A stretch of 64,000 nt of DNA, from the sequence record NC_103192.1, one strand, 5' to 3'. The translations under genes and the position numbers were made by a program. Source of the DNA: a phage. Within the stretch, counting starts at the first letter, position 1. The number at the start of each line of letters is the position of its first letter. The notes under the pieces were generated by a model that was given only the letters and a program-made list of their open reading frames with translations, was not told the DNA's origin and made no database searches. Below, piece by piece: positions 37,824-47,542 of the stretch.

Positions 37824-40139
37824 TTACAGTGCACAACTTTCGCAATATGGATCTTCAACTGAACTATCTGCAATCAAAGGATAGTTCTTTCTGGTTTCAT
37901 CTTCAGCCTGTTTCTTCGCGTGAAGCTCCTCTGTCAAAGAGTCACCAGCACCAACCCGAGAGTTTAAGTAATACCATGTCTTCATCCCGAATTTAGTAGC
38001 ACGGATAAGATACCCAAGCTGCTCCTTCATTGAAATTTTACCATCTTTCAACTTGGTGTAATCAATATATAGGTCAGCACTGATTGCCTGTCCTGTGAAT
38101 TTTTGAATCACAGCATACATATCAATCATGTCGTTAGTATCAACGTCCCAAGCCGAGGTATAATACTCTTTCAGTTCATCATATTCAGGAACGATAAACA
38201 GCACCTGCCCTTGTGGTGACTTTTTAAAGATAATGTGTTCACGGACAGGATAAACCCCGTTAGTGGTGTTTGTTGCCAACGAAGAGCTTTCATTAGGCAT
38301 GTATGCTTCAAGAACGCTATTACGTAGTCCACCGTTTTCAATAATTTCTTTACGTAACCCTTCCCAATCCTGCTTAAGAGAAGGATCTTTCACCACACTA
38401 TCGACCTCTTTGTTATAAGTGTCGATTGGTAACCAACCATCTGGGTATTTTGTTTTATGCATCCACTCGCAGACACCACGCTCTTTTGCCAATCGTAAAC
38501 TTGCCTTATGCAAGCTGTAGCTGTGGAGCTCTGCAAGATCGTGAACAAGCTGTTTACTTTCAGGAGATCCGTAAGCAACCTTGTGGCTGGCAATAAAATG
38601 TGCAACATTGGTAAGGCCAACCCCGATGGATCTGCGTTTTTTAACAGTGCTCTCCATATTTTCATACGGATATGTCATGATTTCCATAACATTGTCAATC
38701 ATAAGCACAGTGTAGTATGCAACATCCTCATACTCCTCTGGGGTAACCCTTCCCGCTACAAGAGATGACAGGAAGCACAATGCAACTTCGCCATCATCAA
38801 CATCGTACTTGAAGATATTACGCATATCTGAATAGCCTTTTGTCGGGAGGGCTATTTCTGCACACAGGTTACTTGAATAGATTACATCTTTAAAAGGTGT
38901 ATGTCTATTCATCTCATCTGTCCAGTACACATACAGTCTGCCTACCTCGGTACGCTGCGTGATCAGTTCAACAGCAAGGTCTCTAGCACGGATCCATGTT
39001 TTAGGAATGCTGTCATCTTTAGCGATACGATCAACCTCTGCATCAAACTCCTCCATAGACATGGTGAAGATACCCTCGTGCAGTTGAGGTGCGTGCTTAT
39101 AAGAAACAAGCATCCAATCTAAATTCTTAGCCACACGGTTGATAAATGATCTATTAATACCTATAGAGTAGTCCATGGTGTTGATTCTTTTTGAAGCAAC
39201 AGTCATAGGGTTTCTCAAACGGATTAGCTCATCAATCTGCGGGTCTAGTGCAAGGAATGATACCGTTGCCGAACCTCCGCGTGATTGTTGTCTATTCTCC
39301 TTAACCCCGGCATCAATGCCTCGATAATATGGAATCTTACCCATGTGTTTAATAGTGTTACCACGAACACCATCGCCTGCAGATCTTGAGGATAAGTAGT
39401 AGCCGATACCTGCCTGGTTAACCGTCATTGTGTACGCAACTTCACGTGCCACACCAATGGATTTTGCTGTATCGTCAGCTTTTATTACACAACAAGATGC
39501 ATACCCTGTCTTACCTGTGCGCAGCCCGTTTAAGTACGGTGTCGGGGCATTGATCTTTAAGTCGGACAGATAAGTGTATAATTTTACAACATCGTTGATA
39601 CGACGTTCTTTCGGCATATTCTTCATGACAGCCATTGCTATCCCCATAAACATCATCTGGGGAGATTCAAACAAGGTGTCTTTAAGAGTATCCTTGATCC
39701 CGTATTTGTCGCGAAACTGTTTAAGGACTGCATAGCCATAACCGAGATCTTTACTGTGGTCAATAACAGCGTCTAAAGTGTTTAGCTCGGTAAAGCTATA
39801 ACCCATATCCTCCCAATAACCTTTCTCAACCATGTCATTGTAAAATGATGGTAAGGAAGGGATCTTTGTAAACCCTCCAAAAGCCTCTTTATAGATCTGA
39901 CCAATAAGAACACGACCAGCCATACGGGAATGTGCTTCGTCTTTACGGCTAACACAAGAGTCTATAATAGCTTGGTTAACTTCTTTGGTTGTACATCCAT
40001 CATACAACCGCTTGTAGGCATCCAGTGCAATATGTGACCAATTGCCGTTACCATCGTCACCGAAAATAGCTGCCTTATTTAAACGTTCTGGATCGAATGC
40101 CACTTCACATCCGTTGCTTTTAATTACCTTGGTGATCAA
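37824..40139 (-). CDS. nrdA: Ribonucleotide reductase class I alpha subunit
   Basis: 771 aa; N-terminal ATP-cone; active-site SSNLCAEIALP; C-terminal CESCAL cysteine pair. Confidence 0.9.
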   Translation of the reverse strand: MITKVIKSNGCEVAFDPERLNKAAIFGDDGNGNWSHIALDAYKRLYDGCTTKEVNQAIIDSCVSRKDEAHSRMAGRVLIGQIYKEAFGGFTKIPSLPSFYNDMVEKGYWEDMGYSFTELNTLDAVIDHSKDLGYGYAVLKQFRDKYGIKDTLKDTLFESPQMMFMGIAMAVMKNMPKERRINDVVKLYTYLSDLKINAPTPYLNGLRTGKTGYASCCVIKADDTAKSIGVAREVAYTMTVNQAGIGYYLSSRSAGDGVRGNTIKHMGKIPYYRGIDAGVKENRQQSRGGSATVSFLALDPQIDELIRLRNPMTVASKRINTMDYSIGINRSFINRVAKNLDWMLVSYKHAPQLHEGIFTMSMEEFDAEVDRIAKDDSIPKTWIRARDLAVELITQRTEVGRLYVYWTDEMNRHTPFKDVIYSSNLCAEIALPTKGYSDMRNIFKYDVDDGEVALCFLSSLVAGRVTPEEYEDVAYYTVLMIDNVMEIMTYPYENMESTVKKRRSIGVGLTNVAHFIASHKVAYGSPESKQLVHDLAELHSYSLHKASLRLAKERGVCEWMHKTKYPDGWLPIDTYNKEVDSVVKDPSLKQDWEGLRKEIIENGGLRNSVLEAYMPNESSSLATNTTNGVYPVREHIIFKKSPQGQVLFIVPEYDELKEYYTSAWDVDTNDMIDMYAVIQKFTGQAISADLYIDYTKLKDGKISMKEQLGYLIRATKFGMKTWYYLNSRVGAGDSLTEELHAKKQAEDETRKNYPLIADSSVEDPYCESCAL

Positions 40140-40387
40140 TTTGCTTCCTCCACTTCACTAACGTATTTATCAAGGCAGGTATCAGTATCTTGCTGGATAA
40201 AAGTATCCTCTTCTACAGAGATATTTATAATTTTACCTGTATACTCGTCATAATAAACATCATCATACATTTTAATATCGTTTGTCAGGCCGTTGAACCA
40301 AAGCCAACCAACATATTCTGCCCGACTTGCAAAACCAAGATCCTTCCACTTGGAGTTATGGCTCATCTTCACCACCTTAGCTTTCAA
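40136..40387 (-). CDS. Hypothetical protein
   Basis: 4-nt overlap with nrdA start. Confidence 0.4.
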   Translation of the reverse strand: MKAKVVKMSHNSKWKDLGFASRAEYVGWLWFNGLTNDIKMYDDVYYDEYTGKIINISVEEDTFIQQDTDTCLDKYVSEVEEAN

Positions 40388-40877
40388 TACCGAATAATTT
40401 TTCTAGGCGATGCAGATCTTCAAAATTGAAAGGTTCATCAACAATATGAATATCTTCAGCCTTTTCAGATTGTTTTGTATACTTTCTTACATTAACACGA
40501 TCTTCTACTGGGATATCATACGGAAGATCTTGCACAAGCATTGCCTCACCAGGTGCTTTATCTACATCTAAAATATCTACACCGTTATACATTTGTGGGT
40601 ATCTAAAGTCTGCACGCATGACACCAGCAAATACATCTGCCTTTCGATAATGGGTTGGCTTATTTTTGCATCGAACGTTTTTTCCACGGAGAACATCAAT
40701 ATTTTTTAAATCAAACCCTACGGCAAAGAGTGCAGCTCGGAGACCGTTTCGTGTGCGAACGTTAAACCCAGGGACGGTAGCTAGGAAATCTAAAGTAACT
40801 GAAATAAATGTCTTTTTAGGAATCATAACATTACTCATATCTGTCTCCATTTCTGGCTCACCAACAAAGTGAGCCAT
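40377..40877 (-). CDS. Hypothetical protein
   Basis: ORF in array. Confidence 0.4.
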   Translation of the reverse strand: MAHFVGEPEMETDMSNVMIPKKTFISVTLDFLATVPGFNVRTRNGLRAALFAVGFDLKNIDVLRGKNVRCKNKPTHYRKADVFAGVMRADFRYPQMYNGVDILDVDKAPGEAMLVQDLPYDIPVEDRVNVRKYTKQSEKAEDIHIVDEPFNFEDLHRLEKLFGIES

Positions 40878-40936
40878 TATTATAGATTATCTGATACTAT
40901 TAGTCAACACAAAAGTTACCTATCGCTGTGATAGGA

Positions 40937-41920
40937 TTAACCTTTCACGAAGTGGTTATTAAGCAGTTGTCTGTGCTGAACCCACCCACAAAAGTTGGCA
41001 GACCAGAATTTACCATCACGGTCTTGATGGGTTACACCTTCCTGCCAAACACAGCTGTCTTGTGTGATTTCACATGAAGACAGGTAGTAGTTTAAACGTT
41101 CCATTGCGTTATCGTGATCCATAGGTGTTGCCTGGTGCTCGTAAGGGCTTGCATGGATACGATCCCCACCAATCAATTTTTTAGCCACACTGTCTGCCTT
41201 TTCAAACGTGCTGTCAATATTTCGATAAGATACTTGTGCACAGCAACTAGCACTGATAGACAGAGCTTCTTTAGTATCGAGAATGCAGAGCTTTCCTTCT
41301 GTGTCACGTACAGCGTAGTTAAACTCTCCGTCCAAATAAACGTGCTCTACATATGGAGTGTGCCATTGCCCTGGTTTAAGGATTTCAGGAGTGCTATTCA
41401 CAAGAGCTTCCCACATACAATTAGCCAACATCTGAATCGTAGGATCCGCATCGTGCCAGCAACGGAGATGGAAAAAATTATTCCACTCTGTGCTTGTTAC
41501 AACTGTTTTCATGCGCTGAAACGGCTCCACTAAGCGGTTACATACTTGTTTATGGTAACCAGCAAGGGCGAACTTCTCTGCATGCCAAGCGGCGTTTTTT
41601 GCAGCTTCTTTCCAAAACTCTTCAGGGGTTAGCTCCATGTCAGTGTACTCTACACGGATCTTTTGATCGTGTTCTCCACCATCTTCCATACCTCGCTTAT
41701 TTACACCGAAGCGAACTGGCATTGCCGGATTCTCCACAATCTGCTGCAGCATCTTGCCGACAGGAACTGCACGGGAAGACATGGCGTTTCGGCTGAACAC
41801 TCGGTGCGTCATAAGCTCTGAGTGAATAATTCGAGGATACTCTAGCTCAAAAGTGGTGATACGCTTACCTTTCTCGGAAATGCTGTCAGCAATGATCTTT
41901 GCAGTGCACAGTTTTAGCAT
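40937..41920 (-). CDS. thyX: Flavin-dependent thymidylate synthase-like protein (ThyX family)
   Basis: ELMTHRVFSRNAMSSRA resembles the ThyX RHR-x7-S signature; longer than typical ThyX. Confidence 0.5.
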   Translation of the reverse strand: MLKLCTAKIIADSISEKGKRITTFELEYPRIIHSELMTHRVFSRNAMSSRAVPVGKMLQQIVENPAMPVRFGVNKRGMEDGGEHDQKIRVEYTDMELTPEEFWKEAAKNAAWHAEKFALAGYHKQVCNRLVEPFQRMKTVVTSTEWNNFFHLRCWHDADPTIQMLANCMWEALVNSTPEILKPGQWHTPYVEHVYLDGEFNYAVRDTEGKLCILDTKEALSISASCCAQVSYRNIDSTFEKADSVAKKLIGGDRIHASPYEHQATPMDHDNAMERLNYYLSSCEITQDSCVWQEGVTHQDRDGKFWSANFCGWVQHRQLLNNHFVKG

Positions 41921-42120
41921 TATTTAGCTCTCCTTGTTTTAATTTTGGAAATTTCGTCTGGGTTTATGTTGGCCTTAAATGCAAGGTATCTGTTAAACAT
42001 ATCAGAGCACATGTCTTGGGTGATCCTGGAGGCATACACCAGCTTACCGCCCAGATCATACACCTCTATCCAGTCACCGTATCTGACTACAGGATCGCCA
42101 CCTTTAGAACATCTGCCCAT
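41920..42120 (-). CDS. Hypothetical protein
   Basis: 1-nt overlap with thyX. Confidence 0.35.
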   Translation of the reverse strand: MGRCSKGGDPVVRYGDWIEVYDLGGKLVYASRITQDMCSDMFNRYLAFKANINPDEISKIKTRRAK

Positions 42121-42121
42121 T

Positions 42122-42715
42122 TCAAATACCTTCTAAAAACTTCCCTATTTTGTACCAGCTGTTAGCGGTATAGTCAACACTAACCTTCAACTCCTCGAAT
42201 TGCTCGTAAGGAGTGTCTTTTAAGATTTTAATAACTTCAGGACGTGAAGCGAATTGATTCAGGTATTCATGCCTGTCGTCAATTATAACATCTACAGCCA
42301 CATTACCTTTGAAATGTGTGGCGTAGAAGCCGTGACCCTGGGTGTGATCGTCCAGATCCATAAAATCGCTGGTCCAACGCTTTAAGAACCTTGATTTAGA
42401 TGCAAGGTGACCTTTCTTACATACAGAGATAAATGCAAGCTTGTGACCACGAGCCACCAAATCTTTCATAACCTCAATAGCCCCCTCTTCAGGCTTAAGA
42501 AAGTCGTAGAGGAACGGGTCACTCCAGAAATCAAAAGGCCCTATGATGTTTTCTTTGGGGCGATCAGGCCAATACTTTGACAGATCGTAATACATCAGTC
42601 CGTTAGAAGGTTTAGCGACTGTCTTGCTGGCTGGACCATACAAACGCTCTAGCCATTCCCACCATGCTGTTCCTGAGTCTACCAGTGTTAAATCTACATC
42701 AATTCCGATCAGCAT
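42122..42715 (-). CDS. HAD-family 5'(3')-deoxyribonucleotidase
   Basis: N-terminal DxDxT motif GIDVDLTLVD. Confidence 0.55.
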   Translation of the reverse strand: MLIGIDVDLTLVDSGTAWWEWLERLYGPASKTVAKPSNGLMYYDLSKYWPDRPKENIIGPFDFWSDPFLYDFLKPEEGAIEVMKDLVARGHKLAFISVCKKGHLASKSRFLKRWTSDFMDLDDHTQGHGFYATHFKGNVAVDVIIDDRHEYLNQFASRPEVIKILKDTPYEQFEELKVSVDYTANSWYKIGKFLEGI

Positions 42716-42720
42716 TGTTC

Positions 42721-44280
42721 TCAGCCCTCTTTAGCATCAATATACTTGCACACAATCTCAGATGCGCACTCCCAAGGAGCTCCCTCGGGGTTAACAACAT
42801 CAAACTCGATACCTTTTATCCCGTTCTTCTCTAAGCTAAGGTAAGTTCTGGAATCATTTCCCCAATCATATCCTGCACGGTGGATACGGAACAGTAGAAG
42901 ATCGCCACCTGTGCTGTATGCGTACTCGCCAAGGCATGCCAGCTCCTCTTTGAAGCCACCGTCGGAGTAAACAACAACCCCTTTACCTTCAGGGAAATCT
43001 TTCTTCAAGGATGCGACTGCGGCCTTACCGAAAGCATCTTCACCAAAGATAGGTTTAATCAGATTTTCACTACAATGGATCATCCATTCTCGCGGAGAAA
43101 CATGCTTGCCGTCTATCATTAAGAACGGGCACGGTTCTTCTTTGTAGCGGCGATCATAAAGTGCATTCCACAACTGTGGTGAAATACCCGCTGCCTTAAT
43201 TGCCACACTGAATAGCATTTCCTTTACCTCGCGGTGATGCGAGTTTGGAATGGCTTCCAACAAAAGATCTGCGATATGGTCTTTTCCACTGTTACCTGTT
43301 AAAAACACCATACCGTTTTGTCTTGCCACCCAAAATCCGGTTGTTGTGGTAAAGCAGTAACACTTACCCCCAGGTAACTCCTCTTTGTAAGGTTGAAAAG
43401 CTTTATCTGGATTATCATATCCGCCACTTTTACGCATCGAATAAGAGTCTGACTTTAGAATTTTTACCGCATAGCAAACGCTACGAGTTCTGCTCTCTTT
43501 ATCACACTCCCTTTTGTAGTTATCTATTTCAATTTTGGCCTTTCTTCCACATTTTGCTGCTAAAAGCTGAAACAGATCTGCCTCCTCTTTAGAAGTGGTT
43601 GAGAAAGATTTGTATTTCTCGCACCCATCCCATTTCAGCATCTCGTTTAGTAGTTTTTCACTAGCATTAGAAGAGAGATTCCACCAATGGCTAGGTATAC
43701 CATCTTTCTTCATGAAAGGGCTGTTGTAAATGAAAAAACGGGTGTAGCCAGGCATACTATCAAACTCTTTTTCGGAAAAGGTTACTCCAGTTCTTTTAAA
43801 TAAGTATCGTAGCCTCTCCTTTTTACGGTCCTTTTTAATATTAAACATCAAAACACCCTCCCGATTTTTAACCTCAGAGGAGTCTGCTAAGATTGCAACT
43901 CTAAGCAGGTCAAAATCGTCAACATCCTCTCCAGATTCTTGATGGAAGGTGGCAGGTATATATCCATCGTAGCCAGTTTTGGATTCCAAAGTTATCTCTG
44001 ACCACTCTCTAGCAATTCTTGATCCTCTTCTGTTTTCATACAGAACTTTGTGGTTAGGTGTTAAAACCATGGACCATGTGGCAAAAACGCCCTTTTCAAA
44101 AACTGGAGTATTGCCTTCAATAAATTCAGGTATCTCCCAATGCATTGCCCCAAATTTATCGCACACTGCCACGAAATCATTATCAAAATCTTCTATACTT
44201 TTCCACCCAGATTTGGTGAGGAACTCTGTACCACTCGGGACGCAGCACGGTGGAGCGTTAAGAACAATAATATCCATCAA
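42721..44280 (-). CDS. P-loop nucleotide kinase-like protein interrupted by an intein
   Basis: N-extein MMDIIVLNAPP(C) and C-extein SGKDHIADLL reconstitute a Walker-A-like loop; insert starts CVPSGTEF, has TPNH block and ends FLTGN before Ser. Confidence 0.5.
   Translation of the reverse strand: MMDIIVLNAPPCCVPSGTEFLTKSGWKSIEDFDNDFVAVCDKFGAMHWEIPEFIEGNTPVFEKGVFATWSMVLTPNHKVLYENRRGSRIAREWSEITLESKTGYDGYIPATFHQESGEDVDDFDLLRVAILADSSEVKNREGVLMFNIKKDRKKERLRYLFKRTGVTFSEKEFDSMPGYTRFFIYNSPFMKKDGIPSHWWNLSSNASEKLLNEMLKWDGCEKYKSFSTTSKEEADLFQLLAAKCGRKAKIEIDNYKRECDKESRTRSVCYAVKILKSDSYSMRKSGGYDNPDKAFQPYKEELPGGKCYCFTTTTGFWVARQNGMVFLTGNSGKDHIADLLLEAIPNSHHREVKEMLFSVAIKAAGISPQLWNALYDRRYKEEPCPFLMIDGKHVSPREWMIHCSENLIKPIFGEDAFGKAAVASLKKDFPEGKGVVVYSDGGFKEELACLGEYAYSTGGDLLLFRIHRAGYDWGNDSRTYLSLEKNGIKGIEFDVVNPEGAPWECASEIVCKYIDAKEG
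43291..44244 (-). mobile_element. Intein (Hint domain with degenerate LAGLIDADG-like region)
   Basis: Hint blocks A (C-x-x-x-G-T), B (TPNH), terminal ...GN then S; internal LLRVAILADSS resembles a LAGLIDADG motif. Confidence 0.5.
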
Positions 44281-44480
44281 AAACCTCCGTGGTATTCTTC
44301 AACTGCATCAATAATACTTTTACACTTATCTACCAGCTCGTTAGCCACTACAGCATCGTCTTCCCAAACAGCCTCCTCAATCTGATCAAGCAGTGATCGC
44401 ATCTTACCCATCATTTCTGGGATAAAGTCTTCTGAAAAGCTGTCTGGAATTGTTAACTTTAGTGTCATTGTGGCCTCCAA
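44277..44480 (-). CDS. Hypothetical protein
   Basis: 4-nt overlap. Confidence 0.35.
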   Translation of the reverse strand: MEATMTLKLTIPDSFSEDFIPEMMGKMRSLLDQIEEAVWEDDAVVANELVDKCKSIIDAVEEYHGGF

Positions 44481-44495
44481 TCATACTATGCGTTA

Positions 44496-44954
44496 TTAGA
44501 AGTTTGTTTTTACACGTCCCTTTTCATCAACCTCGTTGTTAGCTAAAAGCGTTACAAAGTCTGTGAAACGGACATGAAGAACTTTTTTCTTATCAAGGTA
44601 TCCTAAAGCCACCCCTGAGAAATTTAGCATCAAAGGGGCTAAAGAAGCTCTGGCACTGAAATGCCGTTGTTCTACCCTTCCAACACCCTTAGTGTAGGAT
44701 GGGTTAAGATTGTAAGTTCTGAATCCTAGTTTTGTTGGAGCTTTAGAATTAAAAACAACTTTATAGCGTTTCTTACTCAACTTATGCTCCAGGATAAGCA
44801 TTCCCTTATCACCTTTGATAAGTTGAAAATCTGTAAAGTGCTCTTTTAAGACGAAAGGTAGTGCCAGTCCCATCGCCTGTCCTCTTTGTACCGCTGTCTC
44901 ACCAAAAGCTTTTGCATCAGTAAGTTCTTTGGTCAAGTCTATGCTTTTGATCAT
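44496..44954 (-). CDS. Hypothetical protein
   Basis: ORF; start may be internal. Confidence 0.4.
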   Translation of the reverse strand: MIKSIDLTKELTDAKAFGETAVQRGQAMGLALPFVLKEHFTDFQLIKGDKGMLILEHKLSKKRYKVVFNSKAPTKLGFRTYNLNPSYTKGVGRVEQRHFSARASLAPLMLNFSGVALGYLDKKKVLHVRFTDFVTLLANNEVDEKGRVKTNF

Positions 44955-45765
44955 ACCTGGTCTCCAAAATGTATTGTAGTTCTTTCTTACCTATACTCTT
45001 CATTCCAGCAGTCTTACCTGCTTCTTCTTGAAAAGAAGAATAGCATTCAGCAAACACTCTGTCAACACCGTCAACTAAAGATTTTATGAAATATGTTGAT
45101 TCTTCAGATTTTGGGTCATCATCCCCCAATACTTTTCCAGCATTATACCCAACACGTCTTACACAGAAGTCGTAGTCATCTGGTGTGCTAAAAGAAAATA
45201 ACTTATTCTCTCCAATCTCTACAGGATCCCTATTGCACGCCTTTTTCTCCCAAATTTGGAAAACACATGGCACGTCATAAGGTTTACCATTAAGTAAAAA
45301 CGAGTTCTTAGGGCACCTTTCGCTGTAGACAAGGTGCATAGACATGTCCAGTTTGTTTGCAAAAAATATTTTTTCAAATGTCCGTGGCAAGATGAAGGCT
45401 ATAGCCCCGCCAAGCTCTAGCAATGATGCACAATGGTTAAAGAATTTGCAAGCTAAAGATGAATTCTTGCCAAATGGTGGGTTACCTATGAAGACATCTG
45501 CCTTGGGATGCACCTCCAAGAAGTTTGCCTGAATGCACTGTGTTGGTCCTTCAAATTCAGGATCTGGTACTAGATCGTACGACAGTATCTTTGAAAATAG
45601 TTTTGAAAAAGAACCCCTTCCAGCAGAAGGCTCAACGTATGCACAATTCCCATACTTGTCTTTTACTTTACCAACAAGATATTCTGCATACTCAGGGTTT
45701 GTGTAATATTTGTCGTTGGACTCTTTCTTGCTCAAAGTGCCTCCAAAAGGAAAAGGGAGGCGCAA
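44917..45765 (-). CDS. DNA N6-adenine methyltransferase
   Basis: Motif I-like EPSAGRGSF, YYTNP, and catalytic motif IV GNPPF. Confidence 0.65.
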   Translation of the reverse strand: MRLPFPFGGTLSKKESNDKYYTNPEYAEYLVGKVKDKYGNCAYVEPSAGRGSFSKLFSKILSYDLVPDPEFEGPTQCIQANFLEVHPKADVFIGNPPFGKNSSLACKFFNHCASLLELGGAIAFILPRTFEKIFFANKLDMSMHLVYSERCPKNSFLLNGKPYDVPCVFQIWEKKACNRDPVEIGENKLFSFSTPDDYDFCVRRVGYNAGKVLGDDDPKSEESTYFIKSLVDGVDRVFAECYSSFQEEAGKTAGMKSIGKKELQYILETRYDQKHRLDQRTY

Positions 45766-45780
45766 GCCTCCCTATAATTG

Positions 45781-46764
45781 TTAGATTATCTGAATCAGGG
45801 TGTTTTTCATTTCTTCTCTGGTGCGGATGTTGTTACGGTCACGAACAACAGATCCACAACCTTCGCAGCGGTATGTTTTAAATGCACTCAGTTGAGTATA
45901 CGCCAAAGCTTCTTCCTCGTGAAGGTGTTCTCCACCACAGCGTGGGCAACGAACTTTTGGCTCCTCGTCTTGATAGTACAATGACATGTTTGGGTGCTGC
46001 TTAGCAAACGGGCGAGCCAGCAAATACAGGCCTTCCAGAGACAAGATATCACCAACATTGTACTCCCGCATCTGTTTAAACGCCTCAAGGTCACCGTGAA
46101 CACACTTGATCCACATTTCAAATGTGTGGTCAATCAGTTTCTGTCTGGCAAGTTGGAAGTATTTGCATGCATACTCCAAAGTGTTTGCATTCAAACGGAA
46201 TGCCTTCTTGATCATTTTAAGGGTGTCAACCTCTTTGTAGGGGCTTGTTGGAGGCAACCCGTGAAATGCAAATCGTTGGTTGGCCCACCCGCAGTCAAAA
46301 CCTGAATTGTGGGCTACTGCTACATCGCATTTATCCAGATAATACCACAAATCCTGAATCAATTCGAGATCATTGTGAATATCCTCATCCCACATTTTGT
46401 AATCTGGAAGAGCGCAGTCAACCACACTAGGGTTGTCTAACCACTTACCTGCGAAAGTTAGCATATAGGGCATAACTTCAATACCACAGGTTTGAATGTT
46501 GGTCTTATAGTGCCCAAAGAACCAGCCGTTTGTTGGGGATGTCTCTGTATCATACACCCAAACTTTAGCACCTTTGTGCTCTTCAAGGAAGCGCTCCGTT
46601 GCTTCTCCTACAATCTCTGACATATTCTCTTGTGCACGTTTAAGCTGTAGTCGGATCCAGCTCTCGCGTGACTCACGGCCTAAAAATTCACGAGCAATTT
46701 GTCTATTAGTGTATCCCTGTTGCTTTAGTGTTAAAATTTGCTCAAGAGTTAACTTTGTCATCAT
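45781..46764 (-). CDS. DnaQ-like 3'-5' exonuclease with N-terminal HTH
   Basis: Exo I VYDTETS, Exo II HNSGFDCGW; C-terminal CPRCGG...CEGCG zinc ribbon. Confidence 0.65.
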   Translation of the reverse strand: MMTKLTLEQILTLKQQGYTNRQIAREFLGRESRESWIRLQLKRAQENMSEIVGEATERFLEEHKGAKVWVYDTETSPTNGWFFGHYKTNIQTCGIEVMPYMLTFAGKWLDNPSVVDCALPDYKMWDEDIHNDLELIQDLWYYLDKCDVAVAHNSGFDCGWANQRFAFHGLPPTSPYKEVDTLKMIKKAFRLNANTLEYACKYFQLARQKLIDHTFEMWIKCVHGDLEAFKQMREYNVGDILSLEGLYLLARPFAKQHPNMSLYYQDEEPKVRCPRCGGEHLHEEEALAYTQLSAFKTYRCEGCGSVVRDRNNIRTREEMKNTLIQII

Positions 46765-46776
46765 CGTTAAGATTCC

Positions 46777-46998
46777 TTAGTAAAACTGAAGAATGTCTTT
46801 TAAAGCGAAGTCACGATATTCGCCCTTGTCTACATCGAAGGCACGCATCAACCACTGCTCTTCTTTATGATACTCTGTAGAGCCAAACCATAAATTAGGC
46901 TCAGTAACGCAGCGATCTGCAACAACACCTTTCCAGTTACGGTATTTCATCCTGATCAGGACTGAGTCGCAAGGATTGAATACCTTTTTCATCCCCAT
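46777..46998 (-). CDS. Hypothetical protein
   Basis: ORF in array. Confidence 0.35.
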   Translation of the reverse strand: MGMKKVFNPCDSVLIRMKYRNWKGVVADRCVTEPNLWFGSTEYHKEEQWLMRAFDVDKGEYRDFALKDILQFY

Positions 46999-47542
46999 AG
47001 AAATCTCTCTCCTCAGTTTTCTTTATAAACTCCTGCATGTAGAACTCAATAGCCTCATGCTTGGTGCACTCCGGATTAATGACAAGATTGAGATCTGATT
47101 CTGCTCGTGCAATAATCGTAGCTTTAGAGCATCTCCTCAAGAACTTTGTCATATCATCTCTGTAGTTTTTGTGGAGCGGGAAGTCGCTGTAGTCTTTCTC
47201 CAAATAGTCAGCCATCCGGCGCAACGCCTCTGATAAACTGCAATCTGTATACTCGTTACAGTATTTCATCCAGTATTTAAGCACATACCCCTCAAAGGTA
47301 TTAGTGCATTGAGACAAAACACCCCTGCAGCGACCAGTCAGATGATCATGATCTAAACAAGGCTTACGAAGTGGTTCACACAAGATCGGATCAAGACCAT
47401 CCTGCTCTTCTGACAATTCTTTCCGAAAGTTGGCTATGTCCTTAGAATCTTTTAGCCACCCGCTATGAACGGGGGCTTTGACAGCTTTCTTTCTTATTTT
47501 ACGCTTTGCGATAATCCCTCCAGATGCGCCCTGCCTATCCAA
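46937..47542 (-). CDS. Endonuclease VII-like junction resolvase
   Basis: CLDHDHLTGRCRGVLSQCTN matches the T4 endo VII DHDH.TG..RG.LC..CN signature. Confidence 0.65.
   Translation of the reverse strand: MDRQGASGGIIAKRKIRKKAVKAPVHSGWLKDSKDIANFRKELSEEQDGLDPILCEPLRKPCLDHDHLTGRCRGVLSQCTNTFEGYVLKYWMKYCNEYTDCSLSEALRRMADYLEKDYSDFPLHKNYRDDMTKFLRRCSKATIIARAESDLNLVINPECTKHEAIEFYMQEFIKKTEERDFYGDEKGIQSLRLSPDQDEIP

Noticed and set aside
38390-39122. ORFs antisense or out of frame inside nrdA (38390..38665, 38508..38768, 38901..39122)
   Set aside because: They are fully contained within the strongly supported 771-aa nrdA frame; the same reasoning rejects the many other short ORFs nested in confidently called genes.
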